Notes: generated from the letters alone by a model not told the origin. A DNA stretch of 64,000 nt from Mantamonas sphyraenae STR306 (GCA_026936335.1 JAPMXV010000051.1:248001-312000); one strand, 5' to 3'. Shown: positions 50,167 through 63,900, counted from the first letter of the stretch. Numbers and translations are program-made.

Positions 50167-51732
50167 TCACCCGCATCCCCAGTCCATGGACGAATAGCCC
50201 ACGTCGGGCGTATAGCCTGTGCCAATCATGGCCTTGAGCGGCAAGTGGATTTCCGCGTCGTCGAGATACTCCACAACGCGTTCAAGGACCTCGCGCGTGT
50301 TGCGTCCGAAATCACTCTTGTACCAGTTGAAGATGGGCGACAGCGTGACCTGGCGCACTTCGGTGTCCACGCTTGTGGTTGCGTCGCAAAACACGCGAGC
50401 AGCCCAGGCAAGCTCGGTAAAGATGGATTCGCCCGTGTACACACGCAACGCTGGGCTGACATGGTTCCCTCGCGGCAAGTACTGCAGCGTAAACATGCTG
50501 CGTTCGTCTTTACACTCGTCCTTGCACGCCAGCCGCTGCCTGTCGTCGTGCAGCTGGCGAAAGAAGGACGAGGGCCGGCTCGCGTTGCCTCGCAAAATGC
50601 CATGCTCGATGTCGTCCATGCTAAAGTCCATGCCGGCCACGTGGTATCCACAGTTGGCGAAAAAGGCCAGGCGATCGTCCGGGTTGCGCGGTGGACCAAA
50701 CACAATCTGTGCGTGGAGCACGAGGGTGTTGTACACGTTGATCCAAAAGGCAAGCTGCTCGTGCGGTTTCAACGCCTCCACGTCCACTCGCTGCAGCTCG
50801 CACGACGCATAGCTAAAGGCTGCGTACTCGGGTGTTTCTTTGAGACTCTCAAAGTCCAGGTAGCGCCCGTCCTGGGATATGTACAGCTGGACGAGCTCGA
50901 TGCTCATGGTGCGTAGGGAGATGGCCAGCTCCAGCGCATTCTGGGCGTCTGGACGCCACCATATCCTCTTCATGTTCACCATGGTTGTTTGGACGTCCTC
51001 CTGGAAGCGGTAGAAGAAATCGCCGTCGCGGAAGGGCTGGTCGTGGACGACGTGGTGGAGCAGCTTGTACCGAAGCAGCACCTGGCCAAACTGCACCCCT
51101 TCCTCCCTCGAGCGCAACTGCAGATTCTCCGTCAGCCACGACACGGCCTCGGAACCCACAAAGCACATCTCGTAATTGCGAAAGTGGTACGAGCGCTTGC
51201 GGATGACCACGCCGGTTTCCGGATGTCGCATCCGTTGAACCACCTTGCACAGGTACATGTACATCTGCTCCTCCTGTGCGTGTGCCTCCTTGCTGTCATC
51301 TGCTGTGTCCTCTGTCGTCTTGAGCTCGTCCTCTTTGCTTTGATCCAACCCTATCCTTTCGCGCTGCTGCTTCTTGGGTGTGCGAGGCGAGCTCGGCGAC
51401 GGCGAAGTGCTGCGAACCGTGGCCAGTGAGCTGCTGGCTGGTGTATCGTCGTCCACGCCATCGCTGTTGCTACGATTGCTGCTATTGCCTGCGCTGACGT
51501 CGCTGTCTTCTTTGCGCTGCAGCTGTTCCGCGTGCTGGAGGACCACGTCCAGCATGGACGGCAAGTCGCTGGCAAACTCTAGTTCAAACTCGCTGTTGCC
51601 CGTGGCAAACAGCACATTGCCATACTCGTCCAGCACAGGTGTGTCCCCAACCACACTGTGGGCCTCCTCCTCCGTGCTGAGTTCCAACAGGTCGTCATCA
51701 GGCCATGTGGATTCCGAACCCAAGGACGACAT
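50167..51732 (-). CDS. DEP domain + DUF547 protein
   Basis: DEP 'CFVGSEAVSWL...REEGVQFGQ...HHV...PFRDGDFFYRF'; DUF547 'LAFWINVYN', 'SMDDIEHGILRGN', 'LSPIFNWYKSDFG'. Confidence 0.85.
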   Translation of the reverse strand: MSSLGSESTWPDDDLLELSTEEEAHSVVGDTPVLDEYGNVLFATGNSEFELEFASDLPSMLDVVLQHAEQLQRKEDSDVSAGNSSNRSNSDGVDDDTPASSSLATVRSTSPSPSSPRTPKKQQRERIGLDQSKEDELKTTEDTADDSKEAHAQEEQMYMYLCKVVQRMRHPETGVVIRKRSYHFRNYEMCFVGSEAVSWLTENLQLRSREEGVQFGQVLLRYKLLHHVVHDQPFRDGDFFYRFQEDVQTTMVNMKRIWWRPDAQNALELAISLRTMSIELVQLYISQDGRYLDFESLKETPEYAAFSYASCELQRVDVEALKPHEQLAFWINVYNTLVLHAQIVFGPPRNPDDRLAFFANCGYHVAGMDFSMDDIEHGILRGNASRPSSFFRQLHDDRQRLACKDECKDERSMFTLQYLPRGNHVSPALRVYTGESIFTELAWAARVFCDATTSVDTEVRQVTLSPIFNWYKSDFGRNTREVLERVVEYLDDAEIHLPLKAMIGTGYTPDVGYSSMDWGCG

Positions 51733-51780
51733 GAGCTTCGTTTGCCTGCGGCGACGCAACCACACACAACGCGACCAAGC

Positions 51781-54578
51781 ATGCGAAAGACCTTTGCAGT
51801 GACCATGGTGTTGTTGGTCCTCGTGGCCCTGTGCCACGCGGCCGAAGATAACGCCGCAGCCGCAGCCAAGGAGCAACGTACGTTGTGCACACACACACAG
51901 ACGGAACAGGGAGGGGACCCCAATCAAATTACATACAGGCCCACCAAACCCGTCGCACACCACTCACACCCTTCATACTCACTCTCGCATCTGCACTGAC
52001 TCATTCTTTGCCCTACCGTGTGCTCCATGTGCTCGTGCCGTCGCCGTGCCGCTTGCTACAACGCCTGTGCGCCGCCACGTCAGCAGCCTCCGACGAGGAG
52101 AAGGAGGACAAGGGTAGGCAAACACTTTGTGCGCGTTGTAGGCTGTTCTGCGCCATCTTCTCACACGTCACCACGCCCACGCCACGTCCTGTGCATCGTG
52201 CTACACACAGGCACCGTGATTGGTATCGATCTGGGCACCACGTACTCCTGCGTGGGTGTTTTCCGCAACGGCAAGGTGGAAATCATCGCCAACGACCAGG
52301 GCAACCGCATCACGCCGTCCTACGTGTCGTTCAGCCCCAAGGGTGAACTCCTGGTGGGCGATGCCGCAAAGAACGAGGCGCCTGTCAACCCCAAGAACAC
52401 CGTGTTTGACGTCAAGCGTCTCATGGGTCGCCGGTAAGTTGTGTGCTGCGTGTGTGTGATCAAGCAACGCCCATGCACCCCCTGCGTGTGCTCACACATC
52501 CCTACACACACGCACATACACATATGCATGCACGCAGTTTCACAGAGCAGACTGTGCAGGACGACATCAAGCACTTTCCCTTCCGTGTGGTGGATGTGGA
52601 CAACCGACCGAACGTGCGCGTGAGCTACAAGGGTGAGGACAAGACGTACCCTCCCGAAGAGGTGTCTGCCCTTATCTTGCGCAAGATGAAGACGGTGGCC
52701 GAGGACTATCTGGGCGAGAAGATCAGCGCGGCGGTGGTGACTGTGCCGGCGTACTTCAACGACGCACAGCGCAAAGCGACCCAGGACGCAGGCAAGATTG
52801 CAGGCCTGGAGGTCAAGCGCATTGTTAACGAACCCACAGCGGCGGCCATCGCGTATGGTCTGCACAAGACCCAGGACGAGTCCACCAACGTGCTGGTGTT
52901 TGATCTGGGCGGAGGCACCTTTGACGTGTCCATTCTGCAAATGGAAGAGGGTGTGTTTGAGGTGGTGTCCACCAACGGTGACACCCATCTCGGAGGCGAG
53001 GACTTTGACCAGCGCTCGTCCAACTACTTCATTGCTCGCTTCAAGGCCCAGTACCCGGAGGCGCCCGCCCCCAACCAGCGAGCCCTGTCGCGCCTGCGCG
53101 CATCTGTGGAGGCTGCCAAGCGCACGCTCAGCACAGCCACTAGCGCCGAAGTCAGCGTGGAGAACTTTGCCGGTGGCAAGGATCTGACGTACACCTTTAC
53201 ACGCGCCAAGTTTGAGGAGCTGAACAACGACCTGTTCCAGCGCACGCTGGTGCCCGTGCGCAACGCCCTCTCCGACGCCAAGCTGCAACCCGAAGATATC
53301 CACAGTGTGGTCATGGTCGGAGGATCCACTCGCATCCCCAAGATCCGCGAGCTGCTGCAGTCGCTCTTCCCGGGCAAGGAGTTCAAGTACGACATCAACC
53401 CGGACGAGGCCATTGCCTTTGGTGCCACGGTGCAGGCAAGCATCCTCGGTGGCGCCGATAACTCGCCGGACATTCTGCTCGTGGATGTGACCCCGCTCAC
53501 CCTTGGCATTGCCATCAAGGGCGGTGTCATGCGCACCCTCATCGAGCGCAACACGGTGATCCCCACCAAAAAGTCGCGCTCGTTCACCACCACTCGCGAC
53601 AACCAAGCCGGTGTCAAGATCCGCGTGTACGAGGGCGAGCGCAAGCTGGTCAAGTACAACCACATGCTGGGCCTGTTCCGCCTGCCCGTGCCCAAGGCCC
53701 GCCGTGGCGAGGCCACCGTCGAGGTGACTTTCCAGGTGGACTCCAACGGCATCCTCGAGGTGACAGCCATGAATGAAGAGACGGGCAAGAGCGAGAGGAT
53801 GGTGGTGACCAACGAGGACAACCGCCTGAACTCGACGCAGATGCAGCAGATGATCGAGAACGCAAAGGAGTACGAAAAGGAGGACGCCGAGTTCCTGGCT
53901 CGCTACGACGCCATGCACAAGCTGGAAATGAGCATCCTGCACACGCGCCGCATGCTGGAGCAGTTCAAGGAGGACCACGGTGAGGGCAAGCAGGAGGAGC
54001 TGGCTGAGGCCAACAAGATTGTGCGCACATACACCGCATGGTGGCGCAACAACAAGGACAACAAGACCATGCCTGTGCCGGAGATGGAGGAGAAGACGGA
54101 CCTGTTCCGCGACGAGATTCAGGAGTGGTACAACGAAAATCACCCACAGAGCAACAAGAACCGCGCAGAAGACAGTGCCGTGGACAGCAATGGTGAGGGA
54201 GAGGACGAAGAGGACGACGGCGATGACGGCAGTCAGGAGTTCAACAAGTGGCAGATGAAGGAGGACCGCATCTACTCCAGCGATGAAGACAACGCCGAGG
54301 CCAGCGACATCGACGGCCTTGGCTATTACGACGACACGCTGGACAAGGTTTCTGGCGACGGCGAGACTGCACGCATCGGCGACGAAGACGTTGTCAAGGG
54401 CAGCACCAAGAAGACTGAAGAAAAGAAGGAGGATGACGGCACCGAGTCGGACGACGACGACGACGACGAAGACGACGACTACGATGACGACAAGGACAAC
54501 AAGAAGGGAAAGGGGCAAGAGAAGAAGACAGAGGAGAAGAAGACGGAGGAGCAGAAGGCGGACAAAGATGAATTGTGA
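51781..54578 (+). CDS. ER-luminal Hsp70 (BiP-like) with signal peptide, acidic tail and KDEL; 3 introns
   Basis: Signal peptide '[20 protein letters not shown]', '[14 protein letters not shown]', '[15 protein letters not shown]', '[11 protein letters not shown]', '[11 protein letters not shown]', ends KDEL. Confidence 0.92.
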
Positions 54579-54602
54579 TTTGACCCAAAGTGTTGACGCT
54601 CG

Positions 54603-57600
54603 TCAGAAGCCCTGCTCGGCCAACGCCAGTTCCATCTTGGCCTTTAGGGCCATGTACATGAGCTCTTCGCTGTCGTACCCGTCACTGTCAGAGTCGTCGT
54701 CCAGCTGGAGGACGGTGCGTGCACCGTTGCCGTCGTCTTTGCCCTGTTGCTGTATGAACTGGGCCTCTCCATCCGAGAGGTCGTCGTCGTCGTCGTTGGA
54801 CTCGACAGCAGTGACTGTGGATGCGGATGAGGATGCAGAGGAGACGCTGACTTCGTCCTCACTGTCGCTGTCGCTGTCGTCGTCCAGCATGACAGCGCGC
54901 TTGGGTGCAACACTGGCCTCCATCTTGTGCTGGAAGAGCTTCATGGTGATGTTTTGACTCTGTGCAGCTTGCTTCTGCAGAAACGCGCGTTCCTCCTCGT
55001 CCAGATCACTGTCGCTGTCATCATCATCGTCATCGGCAAACAGCAGCGACACGTTTCCCGTCATGCGGAACGATTGGGCCCGCTTGAACGAGCTCTTCTG
55101 TCGCTTTGACATGCGCTGAGAGATACGACGTGCGCTGGTCTGGTTCTGGTTCTGCAAGAATGCTCGCTCCTCTTCATCCAGATCCGAATCCGTGTCTTCG
55201 TCGTCGCCCATCCACACGTCGGATGTTTGACTGGCGGGCTCGGCGGACACTTCGACAGGTTTGCATGGCTCGGATGCAACCTCCACAGTGTTTTCAAGCA
55301 CAGATTGCACCTCCGTGGACTTCTCTGGCTCGGATTGCACCTCCACCAGCTTCTCTGGCTCAGATGGAACCTCAGCCGGCTTTTCTGGCTCGGGTTGTAC
55401 CTCCACAGGCGTTTCTGGCTCAGATTGCACCTCAACCGGCTTTTCTGGTTCAGTCTCGACCTCCACATGCTTTTCTGGCTCAGAATCCACCTCAACCGGC
55501 TTCTCTGGCTCAGGTTGCACCTCCACCAGCTTCTCTGGTTCGGCCTCCACCTCCACCGGCTTCTCTGATTCAGATGGAACCTCCTTGGGCTTCTCTGGCT
55601 CAGATTGTACCTCAACCGGCTTTTCTGGTTCAGTCTCGACCTCCACAGGCTTCTCTGGCTCAGAATCCACCTCCACGGGCTTCTCTGGCTCATTCTCCAC
55701 GGGCTTCTCTGGCTCATTCTCCACCTCAACCAGCTTCTCTGGCTCAGACTGTACCTCCACAGGCTTCTCTGGTTCAGCCTCAACCTCCACAGGCTTCTCT
55801 GGCTCAGATGGAACCTCAACCGGCTTCTCTGGCTCAGACTCAACCTCCACAGGCTTCTCTGGCTCAGATTGTACCTCAACCGGCTTCTCTGGTTCAGCCT
55901 CAACCTCCACAGGCTTCTCTGGCTCAGTCTCAACCTCAACCGGCTTCTCTGATTCAGATGGAACCTCCTTGGGCTTCTCTGGCTCAGAATCCACCTCCAC
56001 GGGTTTCTCAGGCTCAGACTCAACCTCAACCGGCTTCTCTGGTTCAGCCTCAACCTCCACAGGCTTCTCTGGCTCAGAATCCACCTCCACAGGCTTCTCT
56101 GGCTCAGACTGTACCTCGACAGGCTTCTCTGGCTCAGACTGTACCTCGACCGGCTTCTCTGGCTCAGTCTCAACCTCCACAGGCTTCTCTGGCTCAGTCT
56201 CAACCTCCACTGGTTTCTTGGCTTCACCCTCCACCTCCGATACCTTTTGCTGTTCGGATTCCACTTTCACGGGCTTCTCTACCTCAGATGCGGCAGCCTC
56301 GGGCTCATCCTCCTCCTCCTCCTCCGAATCCTCCGAATCCAAAGCTGCGTCTTTCTCTTCCCCTCCGTCTGCTTCATCGTCGTCCTCAATTGCAGGATCT
56401 CTTCCGAGCACACTGTCGTCCAGGACCCAACCACCATCACCTGCCTCCTCACGTTGCTCCCGCATGCTTCCCATCACCGTCTTTGCCTGCACAACCCAGT
56501 CCTCCAGCTGCCGTGGTGAATTCACATGCACCCACAGTTGCTTCTGGCCCACATCGAGTTGCACCACGTACAGTTTCCGCCCCATCTGGGTCTCAGAGTC
56601 CACGTTGTCGAGCAAGCGCAGAGGCACCGTCATCGACGGTCGCTCGGGGTCGCTCTGCCATTCCGAATCACGCATATAAAACACCGCTGCGCTGGCGTAC
56701 AGCACAGCCCACAGCTTTGTCATTTCACTCTCTCCCGCACGTTGCACCTGGACATAGTGCTTGCGGATCGGCTTTGCGCGAAAGTCGATCACGTGCGCGT
56801 CATCAAGGATTCCTGCACGTCCGCTGCCGGTAACACTGAATGCCCCTAGCACCATGGAGAACCGCTGCCCGTCCTCACCCGTGCCCGGGTCGCTATGCAC
56901 AAATGCGCGCAGCTCGCTTTCCGTCAGGTAATCCGCCTTTGCATCCACACGCGCCACGTGACCAAAGAAACTCTTGGATCGCGAAAGTCCGTCCTCCAAC
57001 AGCTCTGGCTTCCGCTCATTAAACTCCTTCACCAGGTCCACGTTGTCCTCCGTCACCTCCTCCCATTGCTGCCTCGCTTCAATCCCTGGCGCCATCAGCA
57101 CGTAGAGCCGCTGCTCCGTCACCAACGAAAACGTGCACGCCAGCAGCGTGTCCGGCAGCTCCAGCTTGCACCCACTCTCCACTTCCTCCACAATCGACAA
57201 CGGAATGTATCCGGCCGGGTGACGCTCTTTCCGCGCTTCCACGTTCTTGTAGTACTGCAATCGGTCGCCTTCAAACACAAAGTGCAGTCGCATCCACCGG
57301 TACTGATCGCCTGTCTTGCGTGACTCCACCTCTGCAAGCAGCAGCAGGTCTCCCGACTGATTCTGAAGGATATATGGCACCACGGGCGCTTTCGACACAG
57401 GCACCGCATCCACCTCCCCACGCAAAACTGCCTCCTTCTGCTTCCGGATCTCGTCGGCCTCGGCCTTCTTGCGTGCTGCTTCTTCCGCCTCCCGAGCAAT
57501 GCGCTCCTCTCTCTCCTTACGAAGCTGCGCCATGTTGCTGTACGCATTCCTGGCGAGATCCAGCGTCGCCACCCACCGCTCGCAGTCTCTCCGGTCCTGC

Positions 57601-58863
57601 GCAAGCAGGTGGTAGTCTTTGTCCAACGGATTCGACGTCTTGATCGTCAGCGCGCAGTCCTTGCGGCTACGCGGAGTCCCGTCAAACACATCCTTGCGCA
57701 CACTCGTAACTTGCTGCAAACGGATGTATCCCAGAGGCTTGTCGTCGTCCTTCTTGTAGTAGTACAGCTTGTCCAACTTCAACACAAACCACCGCTCCCG
57801 GAATGCCTTCAACCCAGACCCACCCTGTTTCTCCATGATGCCCTCTGTTTCCGGGATTTTGTACTTGCGCTTCTGCTCCTTCAACAGCTCTTGGTCTGCC
57901 ACCTCTCTTCGCAGAAACTCTCGGATCACAGCATGCAGCACCGCCACCCATTCGTCAAACTCTCGCGGTGACTCGGCATATGCCTGCAGAGGCGCCTGGT
58001 GTGATTCCTTTTTGTAGGTCAACGTAAACTGGTGCCTGCCATTCGACACCTCCACCCCAAGATCCGCGTCCTCCAATGACGAGATCATGATGGGCTCCAC
58101 CTCGGCTTCGTCTGCATACACAAGCAGTCCACGGTCGTCCTTGATCTCGCAGAACCGCTTTTCCCAGCGAAACCTTCCCTTGATGTACAACGACCCTCGC
58201 GCCTTGAGCTTCTTGGCCCCTGCCGACTTGCCGCTCTCGTCCTCAAGCGTCCCTTTGCCCTTGTCCTTGCCCTTGCCCGCGTTCGAGTTTGAATCGTGCA
58301 AACCTGCCAACAGTGTGCTTGATGATCCCATCGTCGACCCCCTGCGTCGTTGCTGCAGCGCAGCCAGCGACTGTTGCACGAGCACTCCTTCGCTCGACAT
58401 GCGCCTCAGCTTGTACTCTCGGATGCGCAACGCCAGTTTCAGGCCATCCACCCACTTTTTCGCCTCCGTTGGAGTCTTGGCCATCAGCTGATACGTGCGC
58501 TTTGGTGTACGCATGACAAAGCCGCAGCCCACGTTTGTGATCCCTCCCACGCTATCATCCAGCGACACAGACGACACCGCATCCATCGAAATGAACCCCA
58601 CAGGCGTCACATCTGTATCGCGGAAGTACTCCAGCCGATCTCCCTTCAGCGCAAAGAATCGCTCTCGCCACAACCGAAGGCCCACTTCGCCTCGCTTCTG
58701 CAGAGTGCCATTTAGAGACGGCATTTTCGCAGATGCAAGAGACGCCGCATCTAGCAATCCCGATCCGCGTTTGCTCAGCCTGTCCAACGCCGTTGGTCTC
58801 CTTTCCCGATCGGCCGATGAAGACGCACTCCCAGTGCTGTCATCGCTGCTGCTGCTACTACTG

Positions 58864-58899
<36 letters not shown>

Positions 58900-60565
58900 C
58901 CTGCCGATTTCTCCTCTTCCACCTGGACGCCTGACGACGAGGAAGCAGCCGACGCATTCCTGCGTCTTCGTGTCGAGCTGTCTTTGAACAGAGATCCCAT
59001 GTCCCCTCTCCTCTCGGCTTCCACTTCGGCCTTCACCACGTAGGCGTCCATCATCTCGTCACTCGAGTAGGCAAGACGATATTGCTCAAGGACCGACACC
59101 CACTTCTGCCGCTCCATTTCCGACTCGGCCTGCAGGTTGTATGTTTTGCGGTCTGTTGTCAGCGAGAACCCGTACTTGATGTTGCCCGATACATAGTCGT
59201 CCAGCTGAGACACCTGCTTGATGTCAATGTAGCCTACAGGCTTGGTGTCGTCCACGCTGCGGTAATACACCAAACGATTCAGCTTCAGCACAAAGTAGCG
59301 CTCGTGCCACACACGCAACCCAGATACTCCCTGTTTGCGCAACCATCCCTCCAGCGCAGGCAGCGCCGTGCCCAACTTGGCAATCTTGAGCTTGTTCTGG
59401 AAATTCTCTCGCTTCCAGTGCTGGATGGAGTTGTGCAGCACCGATGTCCACTCCTTGTACTCATCATCCGACTCGGCATGTGCGAAAACGTCTGCCCTAT
59501 CCTGTGCGTTGATCACAAAGCAGTACTGCTTGCCGCAGTCCTCTTCAGCAACCGCTTGCAACGTGCAGTCTCCTAGCTGCACCATGCCCAACGGTGTGAA
59601 ATCCTGTGAGAGGGATAGAAAGAGAGAGAGAGTGTGTGTGTGTGTGTTTGCATGCCATGTGCAGGTGTGTGTGTGTGTGTAAGTCGATGTCACGGCTGAA
59701 TCCCGATTCAGTTGTTTGCAAACCCACCGTGTCGTCTCGAAAGTAGTACAGCACGTTGCGTGCCAGGTGAAAGTAGCGTCGTTTCCACGTCTTTCGTCCT
59801 CCCTTGGATCCTCCGCGCTTGACCAGGAAGCCCGAGTGCGAGTATGACACCTCGACAGGCTCAACGTCCTCGCCCAGCTTCACCTTGCTCGACTTCACCT
59901 CGGGCATCTCCTCCGTGAGATACACACTATCCTTTGCCGACATGGCCATGTTGCGCAACTCGCGCACCCACACCTTGTACTCCTCCTGCAGATGCAAAGA
60001 TGGTGAGCGCGCGTGCGTACAGCAGCAGGGGGGCTCTGTGTTAGCTGAAGGCAACAACACCCTCCTCCCAGACAATTCCCACACCCATTCCGCGCCAACC
60101 CACCTCGTTTGTGCACGCCAGCCAGTACGTCTTGCGCGTCGTCGCTATGGAAAATCCTAGTCCTTCATATTCTGCTTGAAGGTTGCGCGGGTCTGTCTCG
60201 TCCACTTTGAGCACAGTGTGCAGGTCGATGTGACCCAGCGGAAGCTGGTCTCCGCGTCGCTTGTAGTACACCAGTTGCGGCTCTGTACACACAATCCACC
60301 CCCCCCCCACACACACACACACATACATGCATTCGGGTGTCAGCAAGGCACACGTCCCAGGTCCGCGTTCCTGCCCAGCGACGCCCGAGCTTCTTGCTGC
60401 TGGATTCCGAAACTTACGCCGTCCGTTCCTGTTGAGCTGGAACCAGCGCTCCTTGTACGTCATCGCATTGGGTGACGACTTGAGCATCTGGCCCTGCAGT
60501 TTGCCCGACGTCTGCAATGCCACATTCGCCTTTGTGAATGAACGCCGTATGGACGAGTTGGACAT
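54603..60565 (-). CDS. Large protein with ~8 tandem PH domains, a P/E/V/K-rich decapeptide repeat and an acidic C-terminus; 5' introns
   Basis: Repeated 'GxLxKxG...WxERxFxL...LxYY...PxGxI...W' PH signatures across ORFs 60041..60658, 59545..60084 and 54603..59864. Confidence 0.85.
55237..56220 (-). repeat. 30-bp coding minisatellite, ~33 copies of (EKPVEVxSEP)
   Basis: 'ggcttctctggctcaga...acctccac' recurs with 30-bp period on the + strand; one 24-bp unit. Confidence 0.95.
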
Positions 60566-60821
60566 TCTCTCGGGCGGGCCTCCACGCGGCCGAGTCGATG
60601 TTTTCCAATTTGTTTGGCTCCACGGGGGATGGATGAAGGAACTCAAGACGCAATCCATGGAAACTCGCCGAGCATGCTCAACGGATCCATGTGGACGGAG
60701 GACAAAGCAAACTGGCAGGTTTTGTTTCCCTCAAAGCTGAATTGAAACGCATCCCCGATGCACGTGCGAGTCAGAACGCAGGGACTGATGCAGTCACTCC
60801 AGGATGGCCCCACGCCAACCT

Positions 60822-61321
60822 TCACTTGCCAATGTTGGCTTGATTGTGGCGAAGCGACAGCCGGCCGTCCGCCTTTGCCTCCTCAAAAAAGTCCAGCAGC
60901 ATGGGCCACACCCTGTTGCTCTTGATATCCTCGGGCGGTTCCTCTTCACCCAGCAGATACGCCCACATGTCAGGGTTCTCCACATCCAGCAATTCCCCGT
61001 ACGCGTGATGCCGTCCGCATCGAACGTGTCCAAGTGGTCCGCCGCAAACGCAGAGAACACAATGTCGTGCTCCAACATCCCGCGCTGCTTCGACCTATAC
61101 AACAGCTTGCGCTTCAGAGCGTTCAAGTCGGCCTCTGTTTCCCCCATGCCAAGTGCGGAGGTGTGCAGAAGAGTCACGCCGACGGAGTCCTTGCCACCGG
61201 CCACATCCATTGTCTGACGCATCAACGTGTCCAACGCCCCGCCCACAACACAAGATGACGACACAGGCGACGACAATGTCACCGAGACGCCTGTACCAGA
61301 GCGGACCACACGAGAAAACAT
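60822..61321 (-). CDS. SDHAF2: Succinate dehydrogenase assembly factor 2 (Sdh5), one apparent 1-bp deletion near 61003
   Basis: 'KRKLLYRSKQRGMLEHDI' followed, after a -1 shift, by 'YGELLDVENPDMWAYL'; mitochondrial-type leader. Confidence 0.88.
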
Positions 61322-61349
61322 GGAACTTCGTTTGGTTTTGCCTGCCCCT

Positions 61350-63900
61350 TCACGCGCGCGACCGCGACCGCATCCTCAAGATTGCCACATCGTTTGCATC
61401 CACCCACTCCTGGTCGTTTGATACCTGCGTGGTGTTGAAAGCCGACGAGCCGAACGACACCCCTTCCGAGCCGCTAAAGGCCTCGCTCGCGTTGACCAGT
61501 GCGCACGTGTCTGCGATCTCAGTCATGCGCACCACAAGCTGCTCCAGAGTCATGGCATGTGCGGTACACAAGCGTCCTGCCCCCTCCTGCTGTTTGCTGT
61601 CCACATTTCCCTCCACGCCCTCGTCGTCTGTGTCTCCCGCAGCTGTGCCGCCCAGCAAGCCTTCGCTCCTCTGCTTCACAAGGTACATATCACTGCTAGC
61701 AAAAAGACTAGTGTCTGGGACACCGATGGTCAAGTCTGGGCGCCTGCCGTCTCCGTGGCGTCTCAGAGTCGCCTCAAACATCTTTTCAAACAGCATGGGT
61801 ACCAGCTGAGCATCCAAGTCGTCGCGCTTGGCCAACGCAAGCAGTACCTTCATGTCACACAATCCTTGCTGCCAGATGGCGATAATGCGATGTAGATTGC
61901 CCTCGCTGACCGTACGTCCAATGTTGTTCTCAAAATCAAGCGGGTCCAGTACGTTCAGGCTGCTGACTTTGACCTGAGTCAGGATATGTGTGGGGCTGCC
62001 TACAATGCTCAAGCCTCCGTTGCCTGTGTCCAGTGTGGCCTCACTGTTGCCACTGCTGTCGTTGCTGGTGCTGGTATTGCTGCTGTTCGACTCGTCATTC
62101 GCCTCTGTGTCCACCACTGTATCTGTCACGTTGCCCTTTGACGCATTGGATGCTCCTGTCGTGGTGATGGACCCCTCCTTGGTGGAAGATATTGTGAAGG
62201 AGTCATCGCCGTGCGTGTAGGTGGAATCTACGTCGGCCGGGGTGTCGTCCCCCTCTGATGCTTCAGCCATGTGCAGGAGCGCCTGTTTGGTCATGGCCAG
62301 GTCGAGCATTTGGAATGCTGTCTCTTCGTTGCAGTACTTGCGCACGAGGGAAGGGTTCACAAAGAACCGCTCGTGCAGTTTCTGCACATCCAGAATGCCG
62401 TTCATGACCAGATCCAGATCCACTGGCCCCAGCACCGTCAGACACACTTGATTCCAGTTGATATGGGAATACACTTGGGTGAACACGTACAACACGTGCA
62501 GGGGCGAAACAAAGCGCTCGCCAAAAACATTGAATAGATACAAAACAAGTGTCTCGAGGGTATACGAGGACAACAGAGCGTGATGGGAGCCCAGCATGCG
62601 GCTTTCGTAGTAACACCACAGTTTGATCATGAGGATGGCACGTTTGAACAGCTGCTCACGTCCCACAAACCGTGCCACCTCGTCCAAGAACGCGACGCTT
62701 TTCAGCGCTCCAAACTGGTTGGCGGACAGGTCGACGGTGAATTGGCCCACCCGACACTTGATAAGATCGACCTGTGGAGCGTGAGGGGGTGAAGGAGACA
62801 GAGGGGAACGAGCGTGAGTGGCAGAACATGGCGCCACCTTTCTGGGTCTCCACATCGCCCGGTGTACAGGGGAGCACCGCATACGCAGCCATAACAGCGC
62901 AGAAGCAATGACTACACACGGAGAGGGTGGTCCTGTGGTGTTTGCAGCTGCAAGAGGCCAAGGCAGGCGGAAACGTACGCGAGCGCGAATGACTTGGATA
63001 TCCGTGACCGGGTAGGGAGCATCGGTGTCGCTCCTGGCCCTGTGGATGAAAATAGATATCACATATCGCAAGGGAGAAGACGACGTGTGGTGTCGTATGG
63101 GGGGTACACAGGCGAAGAGTGCGTGAGCAAAAGGGCAGCGAGGTGGAGGGCGATGATGGGTTGTGGATGAGAACCCACTTCTGCAGCACACGCAGGACGT
63201 CGCCGAACCAGCCCGCCGATGCATTCTTGTTGGGAAACACAGTGACGTCGATATCGGCGTCAGGGAGGTAGGTGAGTAACGGCAGGGATCCAATCGTCTG
63301 TGAGGGCCCGAGGAAGGACCGGGCGGGTGTCCGCATGGCACCAAGCGTCAGTGTCCGCGCCTCCCTTTGAGTACAGCGTTCCAGTCGGCAAACCACACAA
63401 CCACGCCAGGGGCAATCGATACACACATACACACACACACAACACACACACACATGCTCGGGGCACATACCTCCAATTGGCAATCGCTGTTGGCGGAGAC
63501 GAGGTCGCGCAGGTAGCTGACGACGGCGAAGCGGGCCTTATTGGACTCCTCCATGGGCAAACATAGCTGCAAGAGCTGGTCTGCCAGTTCGTCCAGCTGC
63601 TCGTAGCCGTCCCATTCCAGGTCGACTCGCTGCAGCTGTTCCGAGTCCATGGAAAAGTGTGCAGGAGGTTGCGCCGGTCCTGCCACCACCACATGTACGC
63701 TGGCCCCATCCCCCATCCACACATCCACACTCATGTGCACCTCGGTGCATATCCGGATGATGACCACGCACATCCTCACGCGCTGACACGGCTCACCTCG
63801 CGCAGGAACCAGGACGACTTCCGGGCCCTTGTGCAGCAGAAGCGCAAGGAGCGTCCGACAGCCGCTGCAGACGAGGACATGGACCTTGGTGGCGCTGAAG
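61350..63900 (-). CDS. Pol-beta-type nucleotidyltransferase with PAP/OAS1 substrate-binding domain (plant NTP-like); multi-exon, 5' end uncertain
   Basis: 'GSLPLLTYLPDADIDVT', 'VDLSANQFG', 'LFKRAILMIKLWCYYESRMLGSHHALLSSYTLETLVLY', 'LNVLDPL..NNIGRTVS'. Confidence 0.85.

Noticed and set aside
55237-56220. 30-bp periodic repeat as a CRISPR-like or guide array
   Set aside because: It has no unique spacers, and variation preserves an in-frame peptide repeat within the PH protein.
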